A stretch of 63,844 bases of DNA. It comes from Candidatus Enterousia sp. Its GTDB lineage: Bacteria; Pseudomonadota; Alphaproteobacteria; Rs-D84. Position 1 is the first letter of the stretch. Every line of letters starts with the position of its first letter. This document shows positions 1 to 9,899 of this stretch, in pieces. The stretch is from NCBI GenBank assembly GCA_045648665.1, contig JAZROL010000014.1, positions 1-63,844 on the forward strand, written 5' to 3'. The notes beneath the pieces are model-generated. The model was not told where the DNA came from and made no database searches. It worked only from the letters and a program-made list of their open reading frames with translations. The position numbers and the translations under genes were made by a program.

Positions 1-57
1 GATACAAATATTCGTTTCATTTTTGGTTTTTCTTTTGTTGTTGCGTCCTGGTTCCCC

Positions 58-852
58 TCACTCCGTTAACACTGGGCCGGCGATAAATTGGCCGGTTCCA
101 GCGTTGTAATAAAACTTATTTTCCACCTTGTCAAACATACATGGAACCCCCGCAGTGTCCAACACGGGGATAAAATCACGAATCTTTACACCATCTGATT
201 CAAAAGAAAACGCATGTATTCGTATTTTTGCACCACTGCTGTAACCATTCTGTTTAAACAGATATATATTTGAATTACTTATATTCAATTCGCCTGTGTC
301 TCCACCTATATCCCTAGTTGTTGTTGTTTCATCATTTGACCCTATAATAATTCCCTGTGATTGATAAAATTCATATCTAAAATGATAAGGTGTGTACATT
401 TGCGGAGCTAGAAAGGATAATGCTTGAATATTAGCACCATATGCATATATAGCTATACTATTTGGTTGCGGGGACCATGCATATTGTGAACCTCGCATAA
501 CGTAGCCTGTGCTACCAACAAATGGTGGTTGTACACTGTTGCCGGTCAATATGAACAAAACTGAAATTGTAAAATCCATCGCAAAAGGTTTAGCACGTAA
601 ATCTGCATTAAACGCGAAACCGGTATCAATATATTGTGTCCCACTGGATTCAAGATATTCAATGGGGGTATAACCACGCCATTCAACAAACGTATATCCT
701 GTTTTTTGTGGTGGGCTTGGCGGGGTGACGGTACCGCCAGATTCGCAAGTCATTGTTTGATACGTTTGATTATCAACCGTCCAATATATAGTCTGTGCTT
801 TTGCTATCACACAAAAAAGCATTAAACATAATAAAAACACAATCCGTTTCAT
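58..852 (-). CDS. Secreted family protein (264 aa): signal peptide, one Listeria/Bacteroides-type repeat, ~190-aa C-terminal domain; paralog of 50930..51652
   Basis: The track ORF 58..915 is trimmed to the ATG at 852 (MKRIVFLLCLMLFCVIAKA, a signal peptide). GYTFVEWRGYTPIEYLESSGTQYIDTG and the C-terminal FIPVLDTAGVPCMFDKVENKFYYNAGTGQFIAGP align with 50930..51652. Confidence 0.75.
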   Translation of the reverse strand: MKRIVFLLCLMLFCVIAKAQTIYWTVDNQTYQTMTCESGGTVTPPSPPQKTGYTFVEWRGYTPIEYLESSGTQYIDTGFAFNADLRAKPFAMDFTISVLFILTGNSVQPPFVGSTGYVMRGSQYAWSPQPNSIAIYAYGANIQALSFLAPQMYTPYHFRYEFYQSQGIIIGSNDETTTTRDIGGDTGELNISNSNIYLFKQNGYSSGAKIRIHAFSFESDGVKIRDFIPVLDTAGVPCMFDKVENKFYYNAGTGQFIAGPVLTE

Positions 853-1090
853 TTTGGCTTCCTCTGTTATCAAATTAAAACCGCATTGAAAACCAAGAGG
901 CGGTTGGAGGCTCAAAACAATTCAACGAGAAATTGCGCGCTTATTCAATATATTCACGCCCTCCAACCTAAAAACAGTTGGAGATTTACATACATCCTTT
1001 GCGGATACTCGTTGACAAGGGTTTTGAGTCCCATCGCAAAAATTCTTTGCGATATGGTTATTCTATCAAAAAACATATATGAATAAAAGT
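853..1090 (-). promoter_or_regulatory. Structured 5' leader (copy C) with three mutually complementary segments and a terminator-like hairpin before the start codon
   Basis: In RNA sense: CUCCAAC (983..977), GGUUGGAGG (968..960) and CCUCCAACC (910..902). The hairpin AACCGC/GCGGUU (905..879) is followed by UUAAUUU. The RBS GAGGAAG lies just before the ATG at 852. Confidence 0.4.
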
Positions 1091-1097
1091 GAAAAAT

Positions 1098-1123
1098 AAA
1101 ACGGCATATTTTTATGCCGTTTT
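1098..1123 (-). terminator. Rho-independent terminator downstream of 1127..3046
   Basis: Stem AAAACGGCAT/ATGCCGTTTT, with a U-run on the minus-sense side. Confidence 0.7.
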
Positions 1124-1126
1124 GAT

Positions 1127-3046
1127 TTATATATTTTTATATATTGTATTATATATCGTACCTAAATCAGTTTTTAACAACGCGGCTTTTACTTTGTCTG
1201 CATCATTTGTTTGATTTGCGCCGTTTAATATCTTTTCAAAATTGCGAACGAATTGTGTTGCTTGTGAATGAAATACTTTATCGGCTTTTAACAATTCGCG
1301 AATTTGTTTTTTATCGGTTGCATCAAACATTTTTACCAGCCATTTTGCGAAAATCTTGTTATCGCCGTCATGGTATTTTTTCCATACTATTTCCGGAATT
1401 TCAGCATTCGAAGCACGTGTTAAATCCACAGATTGTTCGTACAGTTTTTCAAATAATTTATCCGTTTGCGCTAAAAAATCCTTGGTGCTGATTGGTTTAA
1501 AGTTTGTTTGTGGTGCAACGCTTATTGCGTCCATTGGTGCAGATGCACGCGCAATCATCATTTGTTTATTAAGTGATTGCATAGCATCAACCGCCTTTGC
1601 ATAATCAGACATTAAATCTATCATTTGTTGACGGGATTCCCCGGCTAAATTACCAAGTTGCGTTGAAGAATTGTTTATATTATCCAAAGATTCGGCTATT
1701 GTGGTTTTCATAACGTTAATTTTATCAACCAAAGTATCAACAATTTGCGCTATGTTTTCAGACATGTCTTTGGAACCCTTTGATAAATCGGGCAGGGCGA
1801 CATAATATTTTTCAATCAATTCAGACAAAGGTTTTAATTGTTCCGTTGTTTCTGTGGACATTTTTATCAGGTTTTCAGATTGTCCGGACAACTGAACATG
1901 CGCTTTGTTCATTTCTATCAGGGTTTCACGAACCCCCACACCCATACTCTTAACAGAATTTGCAAATTCTGTGGCTGCAGATTTAGTGTTTTCAAGTGTG
2001 TTATTTGCAACCCCGGAAACATCTTGCAATTCTTTGACCACGCTGGTTGAAAAATCGTGGATTTCACCGTTAAATCTGTTTGTTAAACCGGTCAGTTCAT
2101 TTGCGACCCCACGCACAGACGTTTGTGTTGATGTTGTTGAATTATTTAAAGATTCTATGGCGGATTCCAGTTTGCGAATTTGTTTGTCTATCGATGTTTC
2201 CGCTAAACGCACAGCAGATGCGACTATGTTCGCTGTTTCGGTCAAAGTATTTGATTGTTTTATTAATTCTTTGCCTGAACGTTTAGTGAAATCAGCCAAC
2301 TTGGTCAAATAATCGTTCAACAATTTATCGTTTTGATGCATGTTTTCATAATATTCAGCAGATGATGTTTTCACATTATTAAATCCGTCTGTCACACTGG
2401 TCGATAATTCGGTCAGTTTTTGTTGCATTTTGTCCGCCGCATCTGTCACAGCATTCATATTTTCTGTATTTGTATTGAAAGCGGCCTGCATTTGTTCGCT
2501 GATTTGCTTTTCGGTATCGATGCATTGATTTATTTGTTCTGTTATTGCAGTTGCGTTTTGCGTAGTGGTATTCGCAGTATCTGTAATCTTATTCAATAAA
2601 CTTTCTATATTAGCGGAAAAGCTATCTGTCGTATGTTGAACGTCCGCCCAGCCAGATGAATCTACTATTGTCTGTAAACCAGCAATAGTATTATCCAGAC
2701 GTTGCGACATATTTGCTATTTTCTTTGTTGCATCATCCGCCAAAGCAACCAATTTATCATTTTGTTCCGATAAAACAGATTTAATTTCTTCTGTATGTGC
2801 AATTTGAGTGTTCAATTCGGTTGACATCGTTTTAAAATTAGAATCAATTTTTGCAATTTCATCTTTGAATAATATTTGCAAAACGCGCGATGCATCTTGA
2901 ATTTTTGCATGTTCAGGGTGTGTTAAAATTTCTAATAAAGAATGCATAACCCGTTGAGATTTGCGCGAAATAAAGAATATTCCGCATAATGCAATGAATA
3001 ATAACGCGCCTAAAGATATTGATATAATAAACAATGTTTGATTCAT
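1127..3046 (-). CDS. Membrane-anchored long alpha-helical/coiled-coil protein of unknown function
   Basis: A 639-aa uninterrupted ORF. It has an N-terminal TM helix (LFIISISLGALLFIALCGIFFI) and a long Q/E/K/T-rich helical region. The C-terminal block is IPEIVWKKYHDGDNKIFAKWL...FVRNFEKIL. I recall similar C-termini in alphaproteobacterial hypothetical proteins, unverified. Confidence 0.65.
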   Translation of the reverse strand: MNQTLFIISISLGALLFIALCGIFFISRKSQRVMHSLLEILTHPEHAKIQDASRVLQILFKDEIAKIDSNFKTMSTELNTQIAHTEEIKSVLSEQNDKLVALADDATKKIANMSQRLDNTIAGLQTIVDSSGWADVQHTTDSFSANIESLLNKITDTANTTTQNATAITEQINQCIDTEKQISEQMQAAFNTNTENMNAVTDAADKMQQKLTELSTSVTDGFNNVKTSSAEYYENMHQNDKLLNDYLTKLADFTKRSGKELIKQSNTLTETANIVASAVRLAETSIDKQIRKLESAIESLNNSTTSTQTSVRGVANELTGLTNRFNGEIHDFSTSVVKELQDVSGVANNTLENTKSAATEFANSVKSMGVGVRETLIEMNKAHVQLSGQSENLIKMSTETTEQLKPLSELIEKYYVALPDLSKGSKDMSENIAQIVDTLVDKINVMKTTIAESLDNINNSSTQLGNLAGESRQQMIDLMSDYAKAVDAMQSLNKQMMIARASAPMDAISVAPQTNFKPISTKDFLAQTDKLFEKLYEQSVDLTRASNAEIPEIVWKKYHDGDNKIFAKWLVKMFDATDKKQIRELLKADKVFHSQATQFVRNFEKILNGANQTNDADKVKAALLKTDLGTIYNTIYKNI

Positions 3047-3133
3047 AATTTTCTTCCCTTCACATTAAAAAATAACGTTCTTGCAGTTCAAGGAAATATA
3101 TACTAAAATCTTTCAAAGAAAGCAAGAGTATAA

Positions 3134-5767
3134 ATGTCACAAAAACAAGTTTTTTCAGAAAATCAAAATGTTGCCTCAAACCCATCTGAAAATATTTGGG
3201 TCCAGGCTAATGCTGGTACTGGAAAAACGACCGTTTTAGTACGGCGTTTGTTGCGAATTTTATTCAGAAATGCGCAAAATAATGATGATAAGATATCTGG
3301 AATTTTGTGTTTGACGTATACAAATGCCGCCGCAGGCGAAATGCGCAATCGTATTTTGGCGGAATTACGCCAATGGGCGATGTTTGATGATGATAGATTA
3401 ACCAAAGCATTGGATGGTGTGGCTGAAAATATCCCTGCAACAAAACAAGATTTAGAATATGCGCGACGTGTGTTTTATAGTTATATCGACAATCCAGAAA
3501 TGCTGAAAATAAAAACTATACACAGTTTTTGTGAAGAAATTTTACATCGTTTTCCATTGGAGGCAGGCATAAGTCCAACATGGTCTTTGGTATCTGGTTC
3601 GTCGCAAACAGTTTTGCTGCAAGATGCTTTTGAAAAAATGATTCAATCATCATTTGATAATACGGATAAAACAAAACGAATATTGGACGCTTTTTATAAA
3701 ATAATAGATATTAAATCAGAACATTTTCTGGATACTTTGCGTGATATGTTAATCGCGCATTATAAATCGTTTTTCCAGGTTGATGATGTAGAACGTTATC
3801 GTGAATACTTTATTGAAAAAACTAAAAAAATTCTTGGTATAGATAAAACACCAGATATGTCAATTAACAGGGAAAAACTGCAAAAAATCATAGATTACGC
3901 GGTTAATGAATCAAAAACTTCAAAAAAGCCGGCAAAATATATAGAAAATATTATAACTTATACCGGTTTATACATTGAAAATACTATAAATTTTGAAATT
4001 TACAAAAATATTTATTTAACCAAAGAAAATACAATTATTGCCAATATACAAAAACACCCTGTGTTTGAAGAAGAGGCAAAACGTGTGCATGATATTTGGC
4101 AATATAAATTAAACAAAAGTGTGTTTGAAAATACTTTGGCTTTGTTTGATTTATCTATGGGATTTGCAGGCACATATAAAAAGATAAAACAAGAAAGAAA
4201 TCTATTAGATTTTGAAGATTTGATTTTATATACGCAAAAATTATTTTCAAAACCAGATGTTATGGGTTGGGTTTTGTCGCAACTTGATATGTCTTTGTCA
4301 CATATACTTGTAGATGAAGCACAAGATACCAGTCCACAACAATGGAATATCTTGAAAATGTTAGCTGGTGATTTCTTTACGGATGGTGATACTGAAAATA
4401 ATCGTTCTATATTTGTTGTTGGTGATACAAAACAATCTATATATGGCTTTCAAAACGCCGATCCGCGCGCTTTTGCGGCCAGTCGCGCCGATATTGAAAA
4501 ACAAATAGAGCAAAATTATCGTTCTATCAAAGAAATTGCTTTGGATCAAAGTTTTCGTTCTGTGGAACCGATATTAAAAACAGTAGATTATTTCTTTGAT
4601 AATCCAAATGTTGTTCAAATTTCATGTTTTCATAATAATAAACATAAATGTTTTAGAACGGGCGAACCGGGTTTTGTTGAAATGCATAGTGTGTCGCAGT
4701 TTGATGCAACAGGTGATGATAAGACAAAATTGTATGTGGCCATGATAGCAGACAAAATAAATGATTTAATAAAGAACGAAAAATACGATGAAAAAGATAT
4801 AATGGTGCTGGTTCAAAAACGTCGTCCTTTTGTTGATGCTTTGTCAATGGCATTAAAGAAGCGTGGTATAAATATCGCGGGTAGTGACAGGGTAAATTTG
4901 CCGTCTTTTCCACCGATAAAAGATATGTTACATGTGTTGCGCTTCTGCGCAGATACGACAAATGATTATAGTTTATGTTGTGTATTAAAAAGTCCTTTTT
5001 ATAGATTGAAAGAAGCCGATATTTTTAATTTATGCAAAATTAAAAATAATTCAGAAAATGTCGAAAAAACACCAACAATATTTGAAATTTTGCAAACAAA
5101 TATGCCTGATATTTATAATGATTTAATCGATACGATTGAACAATCAAAAACTATGGCACCGTATTCGTTTTTTACATATTTGCTTAATAAAAATGACAAC
5201 CGAAAAAAGATAATTTCTGCGTTGGGAAATTCTGTTGTTGATCCCATAGAAGAATTCTTAACAATGTGTTTAGCGTATGAAAGAACACAACCGGGAACTT
5301 TATATGATTTTATAAAATGGTTTATAACTGGCGACAGTGAAATCAAACGTGACATGGATGCATCAAACGGTGTTAGAATAATGACTGTGCACGGCAGCAA
5401 AGGTCTTGCATCGCCGGTGGTGTTTTTAATAGATACCATGACAACGCCGAAATACGAAACTATATTGAATACGAATTATTTGCACGACAATCAAAACTAT
5501 GATTTGTGGGTATGGAAAACAGCGAATTCTAAAATAATAGAAGAAATAGCTGACAAAAATCGCCAGGACAGCATAGCAGAATATTACAGGTTGCTTTATG
5601 TTGCAATGACACGTACGCGGGATAGGTTGTATATTTATGGGTGCGAAAACGAACGTGCGCCTGATATAGCGTGGCATCCACAGTTATGGGATACGCTATC
5701 ACAAATATCAGATGCTAAAATTGATAATGATACTATACGGATTACAAATGACACAAAATTTGAATGA
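3134..5767 (+). CDS. addA: AddA-type UvrD/Rep-family helicase (helicase portion of the double-strand break repair helicase-nuclease)
   Basis: Walker A ANAGTGKTTVL, motif II LVDEAQDTSPQQ and motif VI YVAMTRTRDRLYI. The ORF stops at 5767 before any nuclease domain. Confidence 0.85.
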   Translation: MSQKQVFSENQNVASNPSENIWVQANAGTGKTTVLVRRLLRILFRNAQNNDDKISGILCLTYTNAAAGEMRNRILAELRQWAMFDDDRLTKALDGVAENIPATKQDLEYARRVFYSYIDNPEMLKIKTIHSFCEEILHRFPLEAGISPTWSLVSGSSQTVLLQDAFEKMIQSSFDNTDKTKRILDAFYKIIDIKSEHFLDTLRDMLIAHYKSFFQVDDVERYREYFIEKTKKILGIDKTPDMSINREKLQKIIDYAVNESKTSKKPAKYIENIITYTGLYIENTINFEIYKNIYLTKENTIIANIQKHPVFEEEAKRVHDIWQYKLNKSVFENTLALFDLSMGFAGTYKKIKQERNLLDFEDLILYTQKLFSKPDVMGWVLSQLDMSLSHILVDEAQDTSPQQWNILKMLAGDFFTDGDTENNRSIFVVGDTKQSIYGFQNADPRAFAASRADIEKQIEQNYRSIKEIALDQSFRSVEPILKTVDYFFDNPNVVQISCFHNNKHKCFRTGEPGFVEMHSVSQFDATGDDKTKLYVAMIADKINDLIKNEKYDEKDIMVLVQKRRPFVDALSMALKKRGINIAGSDRVNLPSFPPIKDMLHVLRFCADTTNDYSLCCVLKSPFYRLKEADIFNLCKIKNNSENVEKTPTIFEILQTNMPDIYNDLIDTIEQSKTMAPYSFFTYLLNKNDNRKKIISALGNSVVDPIEEFLTMCLAYERTQPGTLYDFIKWFITGDSEIKRDMDASNGVRIMTVHGSKGLASPVVFLIDTMTTPKYETILNTNYLHDNQNYDLWVWKTANSKIIEEIADKNRQDSIAEYYRLLYVAMTRTRDRLYIYGCENERAPDIAWHPQLWDTLSQISDAKIDNDTIRITNDTKFE

Positions 5768-6194
5768 TTTTTTAACTCAAAACACGCAAAAAAGCCATGC
5801 TGTGCAAAACGGCACGCTTGCGCATGCAAAAATGCAGGGCATAGTTATAGATAGTGATTATATTTGTGGGAATAGTGACATAATAAATATTATAAAAGAA
5901 CGCGCTGATTTGTTGCCCTTTTTTACAAAAACTGCAAAAACTGAGGTGCCAATTGCAGGCGTAATTAAAGGTTGTTTTATCAGTCGTCGTATAGACAGAT
6001 TATTAATAAATCATGATACTAAAACGATAGATTTTATTGATTACAAAACAGATATTGATAAAAACGCTTTCGCTGAAAAATATAAACACCAATTAAAAGA
6101 ATACGCAGAATTGCTACATTCTGCGTATCCGGATTATAAAATCAATGGCTATATTTTATGGTTGCACGATTGGGTGCTTGATAAAATTATTTGA
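5712..6194 (+). CDS. RecB-family PD-(D/E)XK nuclease domain. It looks like the C-terminal part of AddA in a different frame (split or frameshifted gene)
   Basis: GTLAHAKMQ and RRIDRLLINHDTKTIDFIDYKTD (D...D/E-x-K nuclease motif). It overlaps the helicase ORF by ~55 nt in another frame. The ATG at 5712 is probably not a real start. Confidence 0.6.
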   Translation: MLKLIMILYGLQMTQNLNDFLTQNTQKSHAVQNGTLAHAKMQGIVIDSDYICGNSDIINIIKERADLLPFFTKTAKTEVPIAGVIKGCFISRRIDRLLINHDTKTIDFIDYKTDIDKNAFAEKYKHQLKEYAELLHSAYPDYKINGYILWLHDWVLDKII

Positions 6195-6531
6195 TGCGTT
6201 GTTCTTGTAAAAATTTTCTAACTGTATTTTCTAACTTTGTTTGTTCGGCACGAGTCTCTAACAATTTAGTTAATTCCGGCCATTCTCGTGGTTGAACTCC
6301 TGTTAAAGATATAATTTCTTTATCGTTTCCGACAATATCAATATAGATTGCTTTTGATGTTCTGGCTTGTGTGCGAATATAAACATTTCCATGATCTTTA
6401 CCATGAATATAATAAGCGGTTGTACCAGCGAGTTTTTTATCTTCCGTTACAGGATTATGTTCTATAAAGTCTATTAAATCATCATATGTTTTTTTATTGA
6501 TTTCTAATGTTTTGTCAGGCAAATCAGACAT
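6187..6531 (-). CDS. Hypothetical protein (114 aa)
   Basis: ORF only; no recognisable motif. Confidence 0.45.
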   Translation of the reverse strand: MSDLPDKTLEINKKTYDDLIDFIEHNPVTEDKKLAGTTAYYIHGKDHGNVYIRTQARTSKAIYIDIVGNDKEIISLTGVQPREWPELTKLLETRAEQTKLENTVRKFLQEQRIK

Positions 6532-6636
6532 GTTGTTTCCCTTTGTTTTACTGCAAAACAGTTATATCACAATATTCGTTATTGTCAACATATATTTGCC
6601 TTGAATTCTCGTGTGTTTTTTGTCTATAATTCGGGC

Positions 6637-8289
6637 ATGTTAGTAAGTTTAAATATTTCAAATATAGTATTAATTGAAAAACTGAATTTACAATTCGGGA
6701 ACGGTCTTAATATTATGACCGGTGAAACCGGTGCGGGTAAAAGTATTTTGCTGGATGCGTTATCTTTGGCATTGGGCGCGCGCAGTGATACTGGTTTAAT
6801 CAGAAATGGATGCGATACGGCATCTGTGACCGTGGAATTTGATTCAATAAACAATGCTGTAAAACAGATTCTGGATGAAAACGGTATTGATTATGATGGC
6901 GGTTTGATTTTGCGTCGCACACTGTCAACAGACGGCAAAAGCAGGGCGTGGGTTAATGATATTCCCGTATCTGTTAAAGTATTAAAACAAATTGGCGATA
7001 ATCTGGTCGAAATCCACGGTCAATTTGATACACATTCTTTGTTGGATTCTGCAACACATTTGTCTGCATTGGATGAATATGCTGCCGTGACAGATGATAA
7101 ATTCACAGAAGTTTTCGCACAAACCAGAAAATCTTATAATGATTTGCATGAATCACAAAAAAGATTAAAACAATTAACTGAATTATTGGAAAAAGCCGAA
7201 AGCGAACGTGATTTTCTGGAACACAATGTTGCTGAATTGCGTAAATTAAACCCACAACCAGGCGAAGAAGAAGATTTAGCGAACAAGCGTGCCGCAATGA
7301 TGGATGCTGAAAAAAATGCGGCTATATTGACTGATGCTGTTGAGATTTTGAAAAATAATGGAAATTCACTGGATGAACAAATTTGTTCTGTGGCGCATGT
7401 TCTGGAACGTATAAAAACAGAACCAAATCCATACAGCGAACAGATTGATAAATTATATGATGCGGCATCTGTGATTGCTGAAATAGGCGAACAAATTCAT
7501 CCTGAAAACACGAATGTTGAAGATATAGATTCCATAGAAGAACGATTGTTTGCAATACGTGCCGCTGCACGTAAACATCGCTGTGGTGCTGATGATTTGC
7601 CAAACAAATTAGCAGAAATGGAAAATCAATTAAATGCGATTGATAACAGTGATGCTGAATTAAAGAAATGTAAAACCGAATTGGCTAATTTTGAGAAAGT
7701 GTTTAATGAATATGCTGGCAATTTGTCCAATATGCGAAAAGTGGCGGGTGATAACCTGCGTAAAAACATTTTGAAAGAATTACCGGATTTAAAACTGGGT
7801 TCTGCTGATTTTGTTGTTGATATGCAAAAAACAGATGCGTCAATAAATGGCACAGACGACGTTGTGTTTATGATTAAGACAAATCCTGGTATGTCTTTTG
7901 CTCCTTTGCATAAAATCGCGTCTGGGGGCGAATTATCGCGTTTTATGTTGGCATTGCGTGTCGCGCTTAATAACCCAAATAACAAAAAGACAATTGTGTT
8001 TGATGAATTGGATACTGGAATAAGTGGTGCAACTGCATCCGCGGTTGGCGAAAGATTAAATAAATTGGCAAACAATGAACAATTGTTGGTTATCACTCAT
8101 TCCGCCCAGGTCGCGGGTTTCGCGGACAAACACTTTAAAATTTCAAAACAAAGCGATAAAGATTCCACTATAACAAGTGTTGATGAAATAACCGGCGACG
8201 CGCGTATAAACGAAATTGCACGCATAATCAGTGGCGCAAAGATTACACCAGAATCAATCGCCACTGCAAAAACATTGATTAAAGATTAA
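6637..8289 (+). CDS. recN: DNA repair protein RecN
   Basis: Walker A GETGAGKSILLDAL, ABC signature SGGELSRFMLAL, Walker B IVFDELDTGISG, and a long central coiled coil. The start is moved to the ATG at 6637 (MLVSLNISN). Confidence 0.93.
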   Translation: MLVSLNISNIVLIEKLNLQFGNGLNIMTGETGAGKSILLDALSLALGARSDTGLIRNGCDTASVTVEFDSINNAVKQILDENGIDYDGGLILRRTLSTDGKSRAWVNDIPVSVKVLKQIGDNLVEIHGQFDTHSLLDSATHLSALDEYAAVTDDKFTEVFAQTRKSYNDLHESQKRLKQLTELLEKAESERDFLEHNVAELRKLNPQPGEEEDLANKRAAMMDAEKNAAILTDAVEILKNNGNSLDEQICSVAHVLERIKTEPNPYSEQIDKLYDAASVIAEIGEQIHPENTNVEDIDSIEERLFAIRAAARKHRCGADDLPNKLAEMENQLNAIDNSDAELKKCKTELANFEKVFNEYAGNLSNMRKVAGDNLRKNILKELPDLKLGSADFVVDMQKTDASINGTDDVVFMIKTNPGMSFAPLHKIASGGELSRFMLALRVALNNPNNKKTIVFDELDTGISGATASAVGERLNKLANNEQLLVITHSAQVAGFADKHFKISKQSDKDSTITSVDEITGDARINEIARIISGAKITPESIATAKTLIKD

Positions 8290-8671
8290 ACAAGTCTGTT
8301 TGTTTAGAAGATTTGTATTCACAGATATCTATCCCTGTTTTTTCTTTTAACCACTGGGCTGCTATATGTCTGTGGCAAAATTTTTCAGGTGTTTCATAAC
8401 ATAAAAGCACAATATCTTTACCAATCTTTTGTAAGTCGTTTAAAACAGTCGCAGGGTTTAATTGATTTAAAACGGTTTCATAATATTTTTGAACAAACCA
8501 ATCGTTTGACATGTTTTCATCGTGCCACTGTTTCCACCAACTATATTTTGGGGCTAATTGTTGATATCTTGTGCCATTAAAACCGTCTGGGATTTTGCCT
8601 GATATACCAACAGGTATTAAACCATTTTGTTCGTATTCTTTAAGTTTGGCCCAATATCCGGTATATATCAT
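8279..8671 (-). CDS. DUF488-like small protein
   Basis: LLCYETPEKFCHRHIAAQWL resembles the conserved C..E....CHR block of DUF488. A 4-nt overlap with the xseA stop suggests co-transcription. Confidence 0.5.
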   Translation of the reverse strand: MIYTGYWAKLKEYEQNGLIPVGISGKIPDGFNGTRYQQLAPKYSWWKQWHDENMSNDWFVQKYYETVLNQLNPATVLNDLQKIGKDIVLLCYETPEKFCHRHIAAQWLKEKTGIDICEYKSSKQTDLFNL

Positions 8672-9897
8672 AATTTTAATATTCCATCGCTAAATTCTAT
8701 GGATGCAGGGATTGTGTTTGTTGTGCTTACAATTTTGTTGTCTTTGTCGCGAACTATTGCATAACCGCGTTGCAAAACATTTTTATAAGACAAAGAATTA
8801 AGCATTTGGCCTATATGATTAATGGATTGATTTAATATGTTAAAGCGATTTTCCAGAATATTTGGAAAGCGCGATAATAATTCCAATCTTTGACGTGTGT
8901 TTTGCAATTTGTTTGTGATAATCAATCCCATAGTTTTTGCAACGTCATCCAATCTTTGTGATTGTTCCATCAATATTTGTTTGGGGCTTTTGATGTTTAT
9001 ATTTGTAATATCGCGTTTTAAATTTGCTATTTTTGTTGTAAATGCAGTATTCAAACGATGTGACAAATTATCCAATTCTTGAATCAGTGATAATTTAGTT
9101 GGCACAACCATTTCTGCCGCACCAGTCGGTGTCGGTGCGCGAACGTCGGCCGCAAAATCTATTAACATCCAATCTGGTTCATGTCCAACACCTGAAATAA
9201 GTGGTATATGACTGGCCGCGGCGGCGCGTACAACAACTTCTTCACTGAAAGGTAATAAATCTTCCAATGCACCACCACCTCGTGCCACTATGATAACATC
9301 AACATTATTCATGCGGTTGAAATATTCTATACCGGCGGCAACTTCATTTGCGGCGGTTGTGCCTTGAACGGTTGCGGGGTATAACAACACATGCACAGGG
9401 AATCTTTCGCGTAATCTGTTTTGTATGTCTTGAAATGCCGCGCCAGTAGGACTTGTGACAACACCAATTGTTTGCGGAAAACGTGGCAATGGCTTTTTGC
9501 GTGCAGAATCAAACAAACCCTCTGCCGCCAGTTTTTGTTTCCTTTCTTCCAACATTTTAAGAATCGCGCCGATTCCCGCCATTTCCATAGATGTTATAAC
9601 AATTTGATAATTACTGCGTGCAGGATAAGTTGTAAAACGCCCTGTAATAATTACTTCCATGCCTTCTTCTAACTTAAAATTGACAGGTGTTCCACGCCAA
9701 ATAATCGCGTTTATTGCCGCCCCGGCATCTTTGATAGTCATATATAAATGTCCGGACGTTGCACGTGTAATCTGGGATAATTCACCGCGAATACGAATTT
9801 CAGGGAATGCTGTTTCAACTACTTTTTTTAATAAAGCAGATGCATCACTTACAGAAAAAATCATGTCTGGTTTAACAAAAGGTTCTGGTTTTTGCAC
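8668..9897 (-). CDS. xseA: Exodeoxyribonuclease VII large subunit
   Basis: N-terminal OB-fold block IRIRGELSQITRATSGHLYMTIKD, the catalytic region VARGGGALEDLLPF, and a typical length of 409 aa. Confidence 0.92.
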   Translation of the reverse strand: MQKPEPFVKPDMIFSVSDASALLKKVVETAFPEIRIRGELSQITRATSGHLYMTIKDAGAAINAIIWRGTPVNFKLEEGMEVIITGRFTTYPARSNYQIVITSMEMAGIGAILKMLEERKQKLAAEGLFDSARKKPLPRFPQTIGVVTSPTGAAFQDIQNRLRERFPVHVLLYPATVQGTTAANEVAAGIEYFNRMNNVDVIIVARGGGALEDLLPFSEEVVVRAAAASHIPLISGVGHEPDWMLIDFAADVRAPTPTGAAEMVVPTKLSLIQELDNLSHRLNTAFTTKIANLKRDITNINIKSPKQILMEQSQRLDDVAKTMGLIITNKLQNTRQRLELLSRFPNILENRFNILNQSINHIGQMLNSLSYKNVLQRGYAIVRDKDNKIVSTTNTIPASIEFSDGILKL

Positions 9898-9899
9898 TG

